From positions 689,667 to 753,666 of the forward strand of contig JAAOMT010000706.1 of assembly GCA_016748015.1 (NCBI GenBank): 64,000 nucleotides of DNA, written 5' to 3'. Shown in pieces: positions 12,062 to 23,500 of the stretch. The position numbers were made by a program, and so were the translations under genes. Position 1 is the first letter of the stretch. Each line of letters opens with the position of its first letter. This DNA is from Geosiphon pyriformis uo1 (lineage: Eukaryota; Fungi; Glomeromycota). The notes beneath the pieces are model-generated. The model made no database searches. It was not told where the DNA came from and saw nothing but the letters and a program-made list of their open reading frames with translations.

Positions 12062-13180
12062 TTAAGACATTGAAATTATCTGAAAAAGATCAATTTGAAT
12101 TTCGAGATTCAAATTTATTCTCTATTTTGCCATTTTATTTCGAGAGCTATTATAAAAGATCATGTAAATTAACTCTCTAGTACTTTACAAATGGTAAAAA
12201 AGAATTTCAATTTATCTAAAGATAATTGGTCTTGCTAAATTCATTTAGTAAAAAGGATCTATATTTAGAAGAAAACAAACATTTTATCTAATTTAGCTTC
12301 ATATAAAAGCTCAAAATCTATTTCCTTCCGTCCTCCTTCGTTAAAAAAATTTATTATAATTCCCGAATAGACATCGCGGAAAAGGGAAAATTGGAGACTG
12401 ACCCTTGATAAGTCTGTTGGAAACCTCGGCAATTTCTTTTTGACCAGACTCTGTATTTTGCGTTGCTAGGGGAAATTGCTTTTAAAGAATTCCACCCCGA
12501 AGGCGGCGTGTTTTGGCATTGAGTTGAAACATTAGTAGTTGTAGCTTTTCCTTTGAAATTGGTAAATTGCCATCCCTTAGCCGTAAACGCATCAACTACA
12601 CCGAGATAGAGAACTACTAATAATGCGAAGACGATAGCCTTGGGCAATATTCTAATAGTCGTTAAAATTGAAATTTTTGTATAAGCTTTATTTAAAGTTT
12701 TAAACTTAGGAAAAGTATTAAAACCTCGAATGAAATTAGGGGTGAGGAAAATACAAAACTGGCAAACTGGCCTTTTATAATACAATTTCCTCACTTTATT
12801 TGCTAAATTATTAAGGAAAATTTTATTTTATTATTTTTAATAATAATAAAAATTAATATTTAAATTTTCTACTATTAATTAAAGTTTTAAGATTGACCTA
12901 AAAATATTTTAACTCTTTTTCTACTTATTAATAATACATAAATCGATTATATATTTTAAGAATGAGATTGGATTTCTTAAAATTTAGTCAGGTGGGTTGA
13001 GAAATTAGGTAAATTTAAATCTTATGAAATCGTTTATAAAAAAAATTATTGTAAAAAATTCAATCATTATAAACACTGAAATTTTTAGCTATCGTTTAAA
13101 GATAAAAAAAATTTTAAACCCATCTTTCTTTAAAATGAATCATGTGGATTCTGATTTATGAGTCATTTAAGGGTAGATCT
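12062..13180 (-). repeat. Right arm of the inverted duplication
   Basis: Reverse-complement similarity to 10457-11615 across upstream, coding and downstream parts. Confidence 0.85.
12354..12650 (-). pseudogene. Small secreted protein copy 2; frame intact but initiator ATG changed to ATA
   Basis: Colinear with copy 1 without indels; ATA at 12650-12648 where copies 1 and 3 have ATG. The ORF-track start at 12794 is a GTG lying in promoter-homologous sequence. Confidence 0.65.
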
Positions 13181-15025
13181 ACCTTATTAATTGTCATTGT
13201 CAAAATCCAAATAGAAATTCTTAGTTTTATCACGAGATATTAATAGGACATAAATATTCATTAATTTGGTCAAAATGTAAAATCTTTAGCATATAAAACT
13301 TTAAAAAAGTCGTTATCATTTTTTAGATAATTCGAAAAATGAGTTTTCTCAGTTTGATCAATTATTTAAGGACATCTGATGAAATGATCATTGAGTTTAT
13401 TATAAAAAGTAAAATTTTTTATTTGTTAAAACTAAAATATACAGACATTTTGAAAGAGAGGTAAAACTTTGTATATCAGTAGAATTTTTATCATTAAAAA
13501 ATTTCCTGCATTAACTATTTGTCTACCGATTATTCTCCTTAGTCTTTGCAAATCAATCTTATAAATGCATAAGAAGAGAAAATTTCTTGAATATGGTTTA
13601 AAAAGATTAGCCTATACCTTTTGATCAGTCACTCGATAATTGCAAAAGATCCAGTTTCTAAGTTTTCTCGGGAATAATTTTTTGATTTGCAAAATATCTT
13701 ACTCCTCAATTCTGTTTAATAAACAAGTATGGATCTGTCACAAGCTTAATTAGATCAGTTTGAGAATGGTTATTTTAAAGTGTATTTCAACCAACTTTCG
13801 TATTAAAATTTTTATTTTACGCGTTTTATTTAAATGCTAAAAATCAAAAATTATCAGAACAGAGAGCATAGATATTGAAAAGGTTTTAAAATTTTAAAAC
13901 GATCATTAAAAAATGATTGAAAAAGTAGATTTGAATATATTTTGAACCAGAACCTTCTAAAATTATACATGTAATTGAAAGAATAAAAGCAATTTTTTAA
14001 TTATCTTTCACCTTGTTTTACTCACAATTATCAAATTCTTAGTTTTAGCTAATTTTTAAGATACAAATTTAAGTCCGTGGACTTTTGCAAAGTGACAAAC
14101 AAATTTCATCAAAAATTCTTGCCTTGAACTCACGATAAAATTTGCAAAAGTCCTTAAAAACAGTTTTGAAATTTTTAAGATAAAGTCAGAAAGTTCAAAT
14201 TTAAATAAATAAATAAATATATATATGCCTTTTCTATCCATTTCCCCCGAGAAAGTGCCCCGTCGCCCAATTCCAAAAAAATTGCATGTATTTTAATCAG
14301 CATTATTTAAGAACTACCATCTTAGATGAGAAATTTACCTACCCTAATATTTGATAAAACCTGTCTCAAACCAAAATCTTGTCTTTAAAAATTAATTTAA
14401 AAATATAATTTTTGAAGCCAAGAATTTAAGCCCTCTTTGAAATTCAAAATCTAAATCCAATTTATGGATCTTCGCTCTCTTTGTAATTTAGAGCTTCCGT
14501 TTGACCAAAACAGTTTCTGTTACCCTATCTACTTAAAAGGCTAACAAGCGTCTTTGAATTTGTTTTTTTTTTGTGTTAATTGGCATATTTTACTTTTATT
14601 GAGAAATAATTTCAGTTTTTACCAGTGATATTTAATATGCCTAATTAAAAATTCTGCAAAGTAGTTTCCAAATTTCGATAAAAAATAAATCACATACATT
14701 GAGCAGTTAAGATTGAAAGTCCTTACCTGAAAAGTTGCATGCCAAGCGATTTTGGGTATTTGAATAAGCAAAGGCAATTAATATTGTAATTAATAATATT
14801 GAGTTTATTATTGTAATTTGTGGCTAAAAATAAGATTGAAACAATAGAGAAAATTTAAAATTCTACTAAAAAGATTTTTTTAAAAAAAAATGAGTGTAAA
14901 AGCTGTCGGACCTGCATAAGCATGTATATTCAACAAAGATTTGCAAATTATGGAAGCTAAATCTAACTTAAATTTTGAAACAAGCTTTTAAAGTCATAAT
15001 GTAGAAATGATGTATCAGTTAAATA

Positions 15026-15121
15026 CCGTCATTGAAATTTTTGTTGAAAGGATGGATTGTAACACGTAAACAATAGGCATTGCTATGTATTGCCTATTAT
15101 TTCCTACATGATCACTGTAGG
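15026..15121 (-). ncRNA. Candidate omegaRNA (right-end guide RNA scaffold) relic
   Basis: Directly 3' of the TnpB/Fanzor stop; stems CCTACA/TGTAGG (15103-15121) and AATAGGCA/TGCCTATT (15072-15098); ends in GG before AT-rich flank. Positional inference only. Confidence 0.4.
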
Positions 15122-15285
15122 ACCAAAGCTCCATCAAGTAATGCCCGGAGGAAGTTCCTCTGAGCATCGTTTTCATCTCTTTCTATCAATTCTAGCAGTT
15201 GTAAACTTCGGATCCTCCAATTCTTTGAATGTTCCCACATTGACAACAAGTCTTTGATGTGTAAGATTCGTTTTGGACAAGATGA
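15112..15285 (-). pseudogene. tnpB: TnpB/Fanzor2 nuclease C-terminal fragment (alternative RuvC-II Glu, zinc ribbon, RuvC-III)
   Basis: LVQNESYTSKTCCQCGNIQRIGGSEVYNC*N* then, after a frameshift, IERDENDAQRNFLRALLDGALVLQ*; matches the E.YTSKTC..CG...C..C....DRD.N.A.NI pattern. Confidence 0.85.
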
Positions 15286-15783
15286 TTTGTAGTAAGCATC
15301 AACAGATTATATAGATGAGTGACATAAAAGCGGTTCCATGTGAATTTCGAAGATTTCTGTACATAATTGTCATTGTCATATATCTCTTCGAAATCGAAAT
15401 GATAGAGAGTATGCAGTAGACCTTGCCGATTCGAATTAAACCTAATTACTTCCCTAGCAATCAATGCTTCATCGATTATATTCACGGACGCTTTGCCATG
15501 CATATCTTAAGAACATTCCAAGACATACAACAGTTTTCATAAACTTGCGCTTGCTCCATACTGCAGCTTTTTGAATTTTCTTTTCTTCGTGTTCATTAGC
15601 GTGTTTTCTTGCCCGAACATGGGTGTAAAACTTAGTTTATCTAAGCCTGTTGTGACGGAATTTTCGGCATAAAAGCGGTGATGTCGATCCCAGTAGACAA
15701 CAACTATGATTCGGTTACACTTTAATTTAATAATGTAAAGCTGTGAGTATCTTCCATCTTATGAGGTTTTAGATGAGCTTTTG

Positions 15784-16080
15784 TCACTTTCCCTTGCACT
15801 TTTTGCTTGTTCTGATGCTCTTGTCGAGAATCACAAAATTTTCAGAATGGAGCAAAAAGATATATTGGAAGAGGTTGAAGGCAAATCGGCAAAGTCTATC
15901 ACTGTGGGTGATGATATCGCAGAGGAATTCGTAGGTTGGAAATCGAGAAAGGAGGAGTTGCTTTAGTTGGTCGAGATCCTCTTTTTGCTTTGCACTAAAA
16001 ACACGGGCGTAGAGGTAACATTAGCATTTTGAGAATTTAGCTCAGGAAAGATGAAAAAGAGGAGGTATTTATTTTCGCGA
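15784..16080 (-). pseudogene. tnpA: IS607-type serine recombinase (TnpA) fragment
   Basis: 16020-15784 reads CYLYARVFSAKQKEDLDQLKQLLLSRFPTYEFLCDI-ITHSDRLCRFAFNLFQYIFLLHSENFVILD: YARVSS.KQK.DL and DRL.RF.F.L motifs; catalytic Ser is Phe; the GSG.N..R segment is deleted. Not in the ORF track. Confidence 0.85.
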
Positions 16081-17933
16081 TTTTGAACCTGATGAGCATT
16101 ACTAAGCAACTGATTACACGTAGTATTTTAATTGATAGGCATTATTAAGTAAATCTTTTCATCTAGGCAATTGGTTGATTGATGATCATATTAAAGAGCT
16201 TTCAAATAAACCCTCTTTCAGTTAATTTTTTTAAAATGTCTCTAGAATTCATTCAATAAGAGGTATTAAATTTTTCAGAGATTTTCAGATCGATTAGTAA
16301 CGTCATGATTTTATATTGAGCCCCTTAAATTACTATGTTTAGAGGATTCTTTTTATTACCAAATTCAATTCCTAAAAGTAAATTGAGAATGATGTTCCGA
16401 GAATCGTCTTCTGACAATTTATTATTTAAAGGGTTTAATATAATGTAATGCACCACGTTAAAAAGTAGGACAGATTTCTAGAAATTTTAGAATTCACAGA
16501 AAGAGCCAAACCGATCGATCGTAAACCATTTAATACCAGGGGTAAATCAAGTCAAAGTAACTGATTAGATTACAAGTCGGATTATAGAATTCAGTATAAA
16601 GAGAAATGAGAAGAAATAAAAAAATTACTGGGGGAAAAAAAACTTTTTTTGGGGATGTTTTTTAAAAAAATATGATCCAAGCAATAGAAAATCAAATAAT
16701 TTAATGATTAAATATATAAAAAATAAATAATCTTTTTTTTTAATTTGTTTATACATATATTTTTTATGTTGTTTATTTTTATTTTTATTTTTTTTAAAAA
16801 AAAGGAATACTGGTCATTTGATATCATACATTCTTACAATTGAATGATTGATTTAAATTATTTGGTACATTTGTACATGTACATGTATATTGTTTAATTA
16901 AAAAATTTAAAATTTTCCACAAGATTCTAAAAGATAAGAAAAAATCTAAACTTTTTCTCTGCTTTAAAACGATTTGTCACGAAAATTTTTTTCTAATTTA
17001 TAAAAAATTGGGTTTCCTCAAAAAGATGAAACCTTCCCTTAAATCAAGAATTATGCTAAATTTGTCGTTTTTCGGTCAATCATAACTATTTTCGATTATA
17101 TAATTATTTTTACGTATGAACGAGTTTTGGAAAAGATCAGAAGTTGTACAATAAAGTTTCTCCTTCATGGAGATTGAGTACTTGTTATCGGGTAGGATAA
17201 ACAAATTCGGGTTAAACTTGCACATTAAATTTTCTGTGGATTCTTGAATAATTTGATTCATTGCTAGATCAACTTATTTTTGCGGTTCCCAGGTTCAATA
17301 TGAAAGATTATTTCAAAAAAATTGAAGGAAATGTCAAACCTCGAAAAAAGTCGGTTGTTTCATTTTTCATCATCGAAATCCAAATACCAAACCAAATTGG
17401 AAATATTTTTGGAAAAAAGGCAAATTTTTATTTCAAATTTGATCACTTGGAATTTTAATATGAAACAAATTTTAATCTAGATAATAATAATATATAAAAT
17501 TAAACCAATCTTTAAACCTGAATAAATGTTTGATTCAATTTTTTGAAAATTACAATGAATATAAATTATAAATTCTCAAGAAGCAAATATTAAAAACAAT
17601 CTCAAAGAATTTATTGTCAATTTTACATACTAAGAGGTATTTTTACAAAAGGAGATGATTAGCTTGAATGATAAAATTTCCCTAAACTTTTTAAATTAAA
17701 GTTTCTGGTTGGGTTGCTATAAATGATGATAGAATCTACAATGCTAATATACTTTAGAATGCTTTGCAAACTCCAGTGTACCTTATTATCAAGAAATCCT
17801 ATGTTTCCATCATTTAAAAGATATGAGTGTGATCAAAAAAACGGTTCAGTAAAATGGTTTGGAATTAGAAAAATTGATCCCAAAGAAAAAGAAAGGTGCT
17901 CGCTTAAAAGAATCCTTCACAATTTTGATTCGG

Positions 17934-18760
17934 TCAAAGGGTCTGAGAATTATTGAGATAAAAGTGAGGAAATTATAGAAGAAATTAATACGATCAATTG
18001 AGAAATTTGTTTAAAAAATAAAAAAGTTGAAATCTCATACCTTTTTAGTATCCTCAAAATGTTCTTGCAGTGAATCTAATTTTTAGAAAGGAGTCAATAA
18101 GACATGAGGAATTTTAAAAATTTTTGGATTCCAATCTTTAAATTTTGTTTTTATGCTTACCTGATCGTAAAGTATATGATTGAGGTTGTTCAGGTATATT
18201 AATCGTGGGAGTTACTCTTTCCAAAGTTGGTATTGACGAAGAAGATGGATCAGAATCTGAGGTGAATGTAAATTTTTAACATTAGTTAACAACACCACCA
18301 ACAACAACAACAACAACAACAAAGTTCAGTCAAATATTCTGAACAATTAAAATACCATTTGTTGAATTTGATGCAATAGCCAATTGTGGTGTAATTGAAG
18401 GAATTTTTTCCAAAGATTCTGTTTTCTTTTTTTCAGATTCTGAGACGGCTAAAAAATCGCTATAATTTATTATACGTTGCTCTTCAGCTGTTATTATTCT
18501 GAAAGGTTTTGTTGATGGTTCATCAATCGGGGGTAAGGTATCATCGTTGAATGATGGTTGTGGAAAATTATTGACATTTGTTGCTGTTAAAGCTATTTCA
18601 TCTTTTGCATTAGAGCTCTTGCTATATTAATCATTAAAAAAGTTCATATTAATTGTGGATCAATCATTTCACATAATTCAAGAGTTAAAAAAAAAAGCGA
18701 CGATATCAAAAAATTATTTCCATCTTGGTCAAATGTATTATTAAGAAATCAAACCAAATT

Positions 18761-18832
<72 letters not shown>

Positions 18833-18895
18833 TCAAGAAAAACAAAACCTTTTTCGAGAATTTCCCTTAAAGAATCGAAAACACTTGAAAATCAT
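17934..18895 (-). CDS. Hypothetical approximately 150-aa Pro/Ser/Thr-rich protein, 5 exons
   Basis: Exons 18895-18849, 18621-18356, 18256-18161, 18075-18041 join in phase at GT-AG sites (MIFKCFRFFKGNSRKSKSSNAKDEIAL...SDSLQEHFEDTKK); last exon (17942-17934, TL*) is uncertain. Confidence 0.6.
18765..18828. repeat. 64-nt poly(A) tract within intron 1 of the minus-strand gene
   Basis: Direct observation. Confidence 0.95.
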
Positions 18896-19869
18896 TATTG
18901 AATGATACTGGGTTTAGGTTTCAATTTCGAATGGATGAAATGGTAAGAAAATATTATCGTCAAAAAAGTGACGAGCAACGCCGTGAAAGAATAAGGCGTT
19001 GCTGCAAACGAGAAAGGAACGTGCGCTCGTTTGTTTCAGCGGTCAAAATTGGGATCCTTTTCAAATAAAATTTTTAGTCATTCTGGTGATTTGTTTCACG
19101 GTTTATCTCAAATTCTTCGTTTCGTAATTCGTGTGGCATGCATCAATTCAACTTTAGAAAAATCGAGTTCCATATTTTTTTTTTCTTTTGATTATTTATT
19201 TTACTTTTAATATCAAACTTCCGGTAAAAAGATTATTTGGTTGTTTAACGTTATGTGTGTGTGTGAATGAGTGTGTGTATGATCACCATCGTTCAATCAA
19301 ATATTTAATTTACCTAAAGGATAATTTGTGTGATTCATGTGTCAATAATCTATAGTTGTTGTTCATGTCGTGTTTTGCATATTCTCATCATCATCCACAT
19401 TGTTGCACTGTAGAACCGAGTTAGAAATTGATGCCACCTCTGGTATTACGCTAATAGGAAAGTGATGAGAAGTCTTTCATTCTTTTTTAAAAATTAGATT
19501 TTTTCAGAATCGAGAATCAGTTTGATGGATTGGGGGAATTTTCTCACTGATTCTATTATGTTTACGTATAATTAGGTAAATTAATTCTATAATAATATTC
19601 GATGCTCTTCTTAGTGCATGTTCTAGATCCATCTCATTTTCAGGGTTTAGTAATTCCTAAAATGTAATTGACAGTATACCTAATTTATACTTGACCACCA
19701 CTCGATCCATGGCATTAATATCGTTGAATATAAATTTAAAGTTTAATATCCTATTAGATGTGTAAGCAAAACTTAATCAACTAGGGTTTTATGTCTTTTG
19801 ATCTAATTAACTACTATTATACAAGATAAAGTGAGGTGAAAAATGTTTTTTGTTTTTTAGACTCTTTTC

Positions 19870-19946
19870 ACTACTACTACTACTACTACTAATACTAATA
19901 CTACTAATAATAATAATACTACTACTACTACTACTACTATTACTAT

Positions 19947-19984
<38 letters not shown>

Positions 19985-20018
19985 TTACTACTACTATTAC
20001 TATTACTACTACTACTAT

Positions 20019-20056
<38 letters not shown>

Positions 20057-20084
20057 TTACCATTACTACTACTACTACTACTAC

Positions 20085-20118
<34 letters not shown>
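19870..20118. repeat. Compound trinucleotide microsatellite (CTA/TTA/TAA)n
   Basis: About 250 bp of cta/tta/ata repeats; accounts for the poly-L/S/V/I ORFs. Confidence 0.95.
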
Positions 20119-20504
20119 TAACTTGTACTTTAGAATTGCCAAGTTTTTTTTCCTTTGTTGTTTGTGTTTGTGTGTGTATATGTATGAGGGACCAACATGG
20201 TTGGGTTTTTTATTTTTTTTTGTCAAATTTCCATAACTCTTTGGTTAATAAATCAATAATAATAATGTTTTATAATTTTTCAATTATCAATTATGAATTT
20301 CAAAAATATGTGATGAGACATTTAACAATTCTTTGTTTATCTAAAGTATTACAAGAATTATGAATCTATTTACTGAAAGTTCCTAAAAGATTTAAAAAAA
20401 GTCAAAATTTTAGCCCCTTAACTTATCAAAATTTCCTTGTGTCTAGTATTAGTGACACGGAAAGAATAAGAGTATTAAATATTTCAACATAAAAATCTCA
20501 TTAT

Positions 20505-20547
<43 letters not shown>

Positions 20548-23500
20548 GAGGCTATTAGTTTCGCCAAGATATTAGGATTTTAAAGAATGTAAAGATTATT
20601 TCTTGCATTAATATAACTGGTTAGCTGATTTTAGATGCTCCTTGTTTTCTCTTTTTGATCTTAGTGTATGTTAAACGAAATTTACGCATCCAAATATAAT
20701 GAGAAACATAAAAGGAAACTTGGGTATTGTTGGCTCTTTTCAAGAAAATTGGCCTGAATTAACCTTATTAGGAAGTTGATAAATAATGGTTGCCATTTTT
20801 TGACGTAATATTTTAATTTTTGAAATAGCTGTCATTGAGTTAAAGATATAATAAGGAACCTTTTTTTAAAAAAAAAAGATGGTTTGATTGAGAATCTCAA
20901 TATTCATGAATAAAAGTTCCACAAATGGGTTTCAGCAGATAAACGCACTTTCCCATGCTAGGAATTCTCATTCATAGGAGGTTATATCGAATCAATGGAC
21001 AATGTTTGTTAATTAAACCTGCACGGGTCGCATGGTTTGAAAGATCATTTCATTTTTAAATTGAACCTTTTCATTTGAACAATTTGTATCCAAAATGCAA
21101 AAGAATTTTGGTGAATCATTCCTTATCTTAGGTCTCGACAAGAAAAGATTTCCTAAATGTTAATCAAAGACGAAGAAAGAAAGAAAGAAAGAAGTAATTA
21201 ATGCAAGTCCAAAAACTTGTGATTGACTTCGATGCATAAAAGAATTTCGTGAACTTTATATGTCTCAGAATTTGATTCTGAGAAAGAAAAAACAATTTAT
21301 ACTAAGCTATAGGTAATGAAGAATTATATCTTGATCATTATAATGAGATCTAAACAATATATTGTAAACTTTTTAAGAGAATTAAACTTAACCATATTTT
21401 GTTTAAAACAATATTTTTTTTCCCTTGTCTCTCCTTTTTTTATTGGTATCAATTTTAGGTTTCAAGTTTGCTATGACAAATACTTTGAATCGTAAATAGT
21501 AATACGAAACCTACAAAGGTTTTAGCTTTTTTTTCAAATAAAGTTTTTTGATTAGCTTCATATTTATCAAAGATATCATCACGAAAAATAGTAAATCCAA
21601 AATAATTAAATTGATATAAAATTTGTCAATCAATAGGATAACAATTAATTATTCACATTTAAGACGATAATAAAAAACACAAAATTATATTACATTCGGC
21701 GCTACAGTCCGTTCTAATTTTCAATTAATGTTTCTTTTGCTAATTTTTAACGCTCGTTGTTGTCTTTATTGTACTGAGGTATAATCATTGTGCGACTAAG
21801 AATGGGAAAACTATTAATTTGTTGATAATCGAATCTTCTATTGTGAGACTTAATAACAAATAATTTCTAAATATAAGAGGAAATGTCTTTGTCTTTAATT
21901 TCAAAGAAAATTTTAATTTAGATCAAATCGCTTCTTTCACAGTAAAAGTAGTAATAGTATTATTATTATTATTATTATTATTATTGTTGTTGTTGTTGTT
22001 GTTATTTTTTATTGTTATCGTTATTTTGGCCATTTCAAACAACTCATCCAAATAATACAGCAAGAAACGTTACTCAAAAATCTTTTTTAATTTTAGATTT
22101 TCAAATTTACAAAATCAGCTATAATCAATAAAAACCAAAAAAACAGCTATTTTTTTTAGCCACAAATTTTGTTTCAAATTTGAAAAAACTAAATGTACAA
22201 ATAGTTTATTTTTAATTTTGCCGTTTTCATTTCTACTATGTGTTCAGAAAAAGATAGTTATCCTTTTGATTTTAAATACCTGTATTCGACAATCTTTAAC
22301 AACCTCATGATAATTGAAAATCCTAAATTTAATATAGTCAGATTCTCGATAGAATAACTTTTTTTCGTTGTTGAATAATATTTAATATTTCAAATCATTT
22401 AATTTAAAATAAAAGAAATTTTTGATTTTATTTGTATACACTGTTCAAGAGTTGATCTCACCAAAAAAATTATCTGGCTATTGTGGTTCAACAATAATTA
22501 TTCTGGAGACACCATTGTACAATGATCAACGAGTTTATGTTTCATTGTATGAAATATCAAAAAAATTGATTCTACGAACAAAGTTAAACCTAACAATAAA
22601 AATTTTTGTATTGCTTGATCCTCTTTGTTAACTTGAAATACCAAAAAAATCTTTTCTTAAACTTTTTTTTTTTTTTTTACCTAATGAAATTTTCAATCTA
22701 TAAACTTACCATTAATTTTTTCAATTGGCCACTTGCACAAATATATTCAAATTGATCAATTTTTGGAAACTCCTTTCATTTGATAAAGAATATTTTACTC
22801 AATAAATTTCTTAACTAAACTAATAAAGGAAAGATTTTTCTAAAATAACTTTTTTTATTTAATTTTTTAAAAAAAATTTTTCATTTCAAAATATTTATTC
22901 AAATTTATTTTTAATAATTTTTTACCAATTAACTTTTTTATTTATAGTTGAAAAATTTTGTAAGTACATAATTTTTCAGTTATGATTTTATATATATAAT
23001 TTTTCAGTTATTATAAGAATAATTAATATCTATTTGAATAAAAAAATAATTTTTTCTAATGATATTATAAAAAAATATATTAATTTTAATAAATTTTTTA
23101 TCTTGTTATTAAAATTAAAATTCTTGACAAAAAATAACCTTAATTATTAGATTATTTTATATTATAATAAAGAAATTAATTTCATTGCACTCAATCACAT
23201 TTATTCTTAAAATTACTAACTAAATTTAACTCATATATTCAAAAAATACAAAATAAATTTGTAAAGAAAAAAATATTAAATATGATTTTTACACATATTA
23301 ACCATATTTCTCAAGAAAATTTATTTTTAATGAACAACCATTTATTAAATTCATTTTTATTTTAATTTAATTTTGGTAAATGTTGTTTTTAATTTTATAT
23401 CTAAAATAAATATATTAAAAATATTTAATTTATTTTTAATAGTATTGGTTTTAAAAAAATCTTCAAAATATTACAAAAGGCGTTCATGGATCGTCGCTTT

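Larger units (their letters stand above)
15026..16115 (-). mobile_element. Decayed IS607-family element (serine recombinase TnpA plus TnpB/Fanzor2), internally deleted
   Basis: TnpA motifs upstream and TnpB C-terminal motifs downstream on the same strand in canonical order; candidate right end ...TTCAATGACGG at 15026; left boundary approximate. Confidence 0.8.

Noticed and set aside
12651-12794. N-terminal extension of the 146-aa ORF
   Set aside because: Starts at GTG and is homologous to the non-coding promoter/5' UTR of copies 1 and 3.
15781-15966. Plus-strand 61-aa ORF
   Set aside because: Antisense shadow of the serine recombinase fragment.
19807-20236. Poly-Ser, poly-Leu and poly-Val ORFs
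   Set aside because: Translations of a trinucleotide microsatellite.
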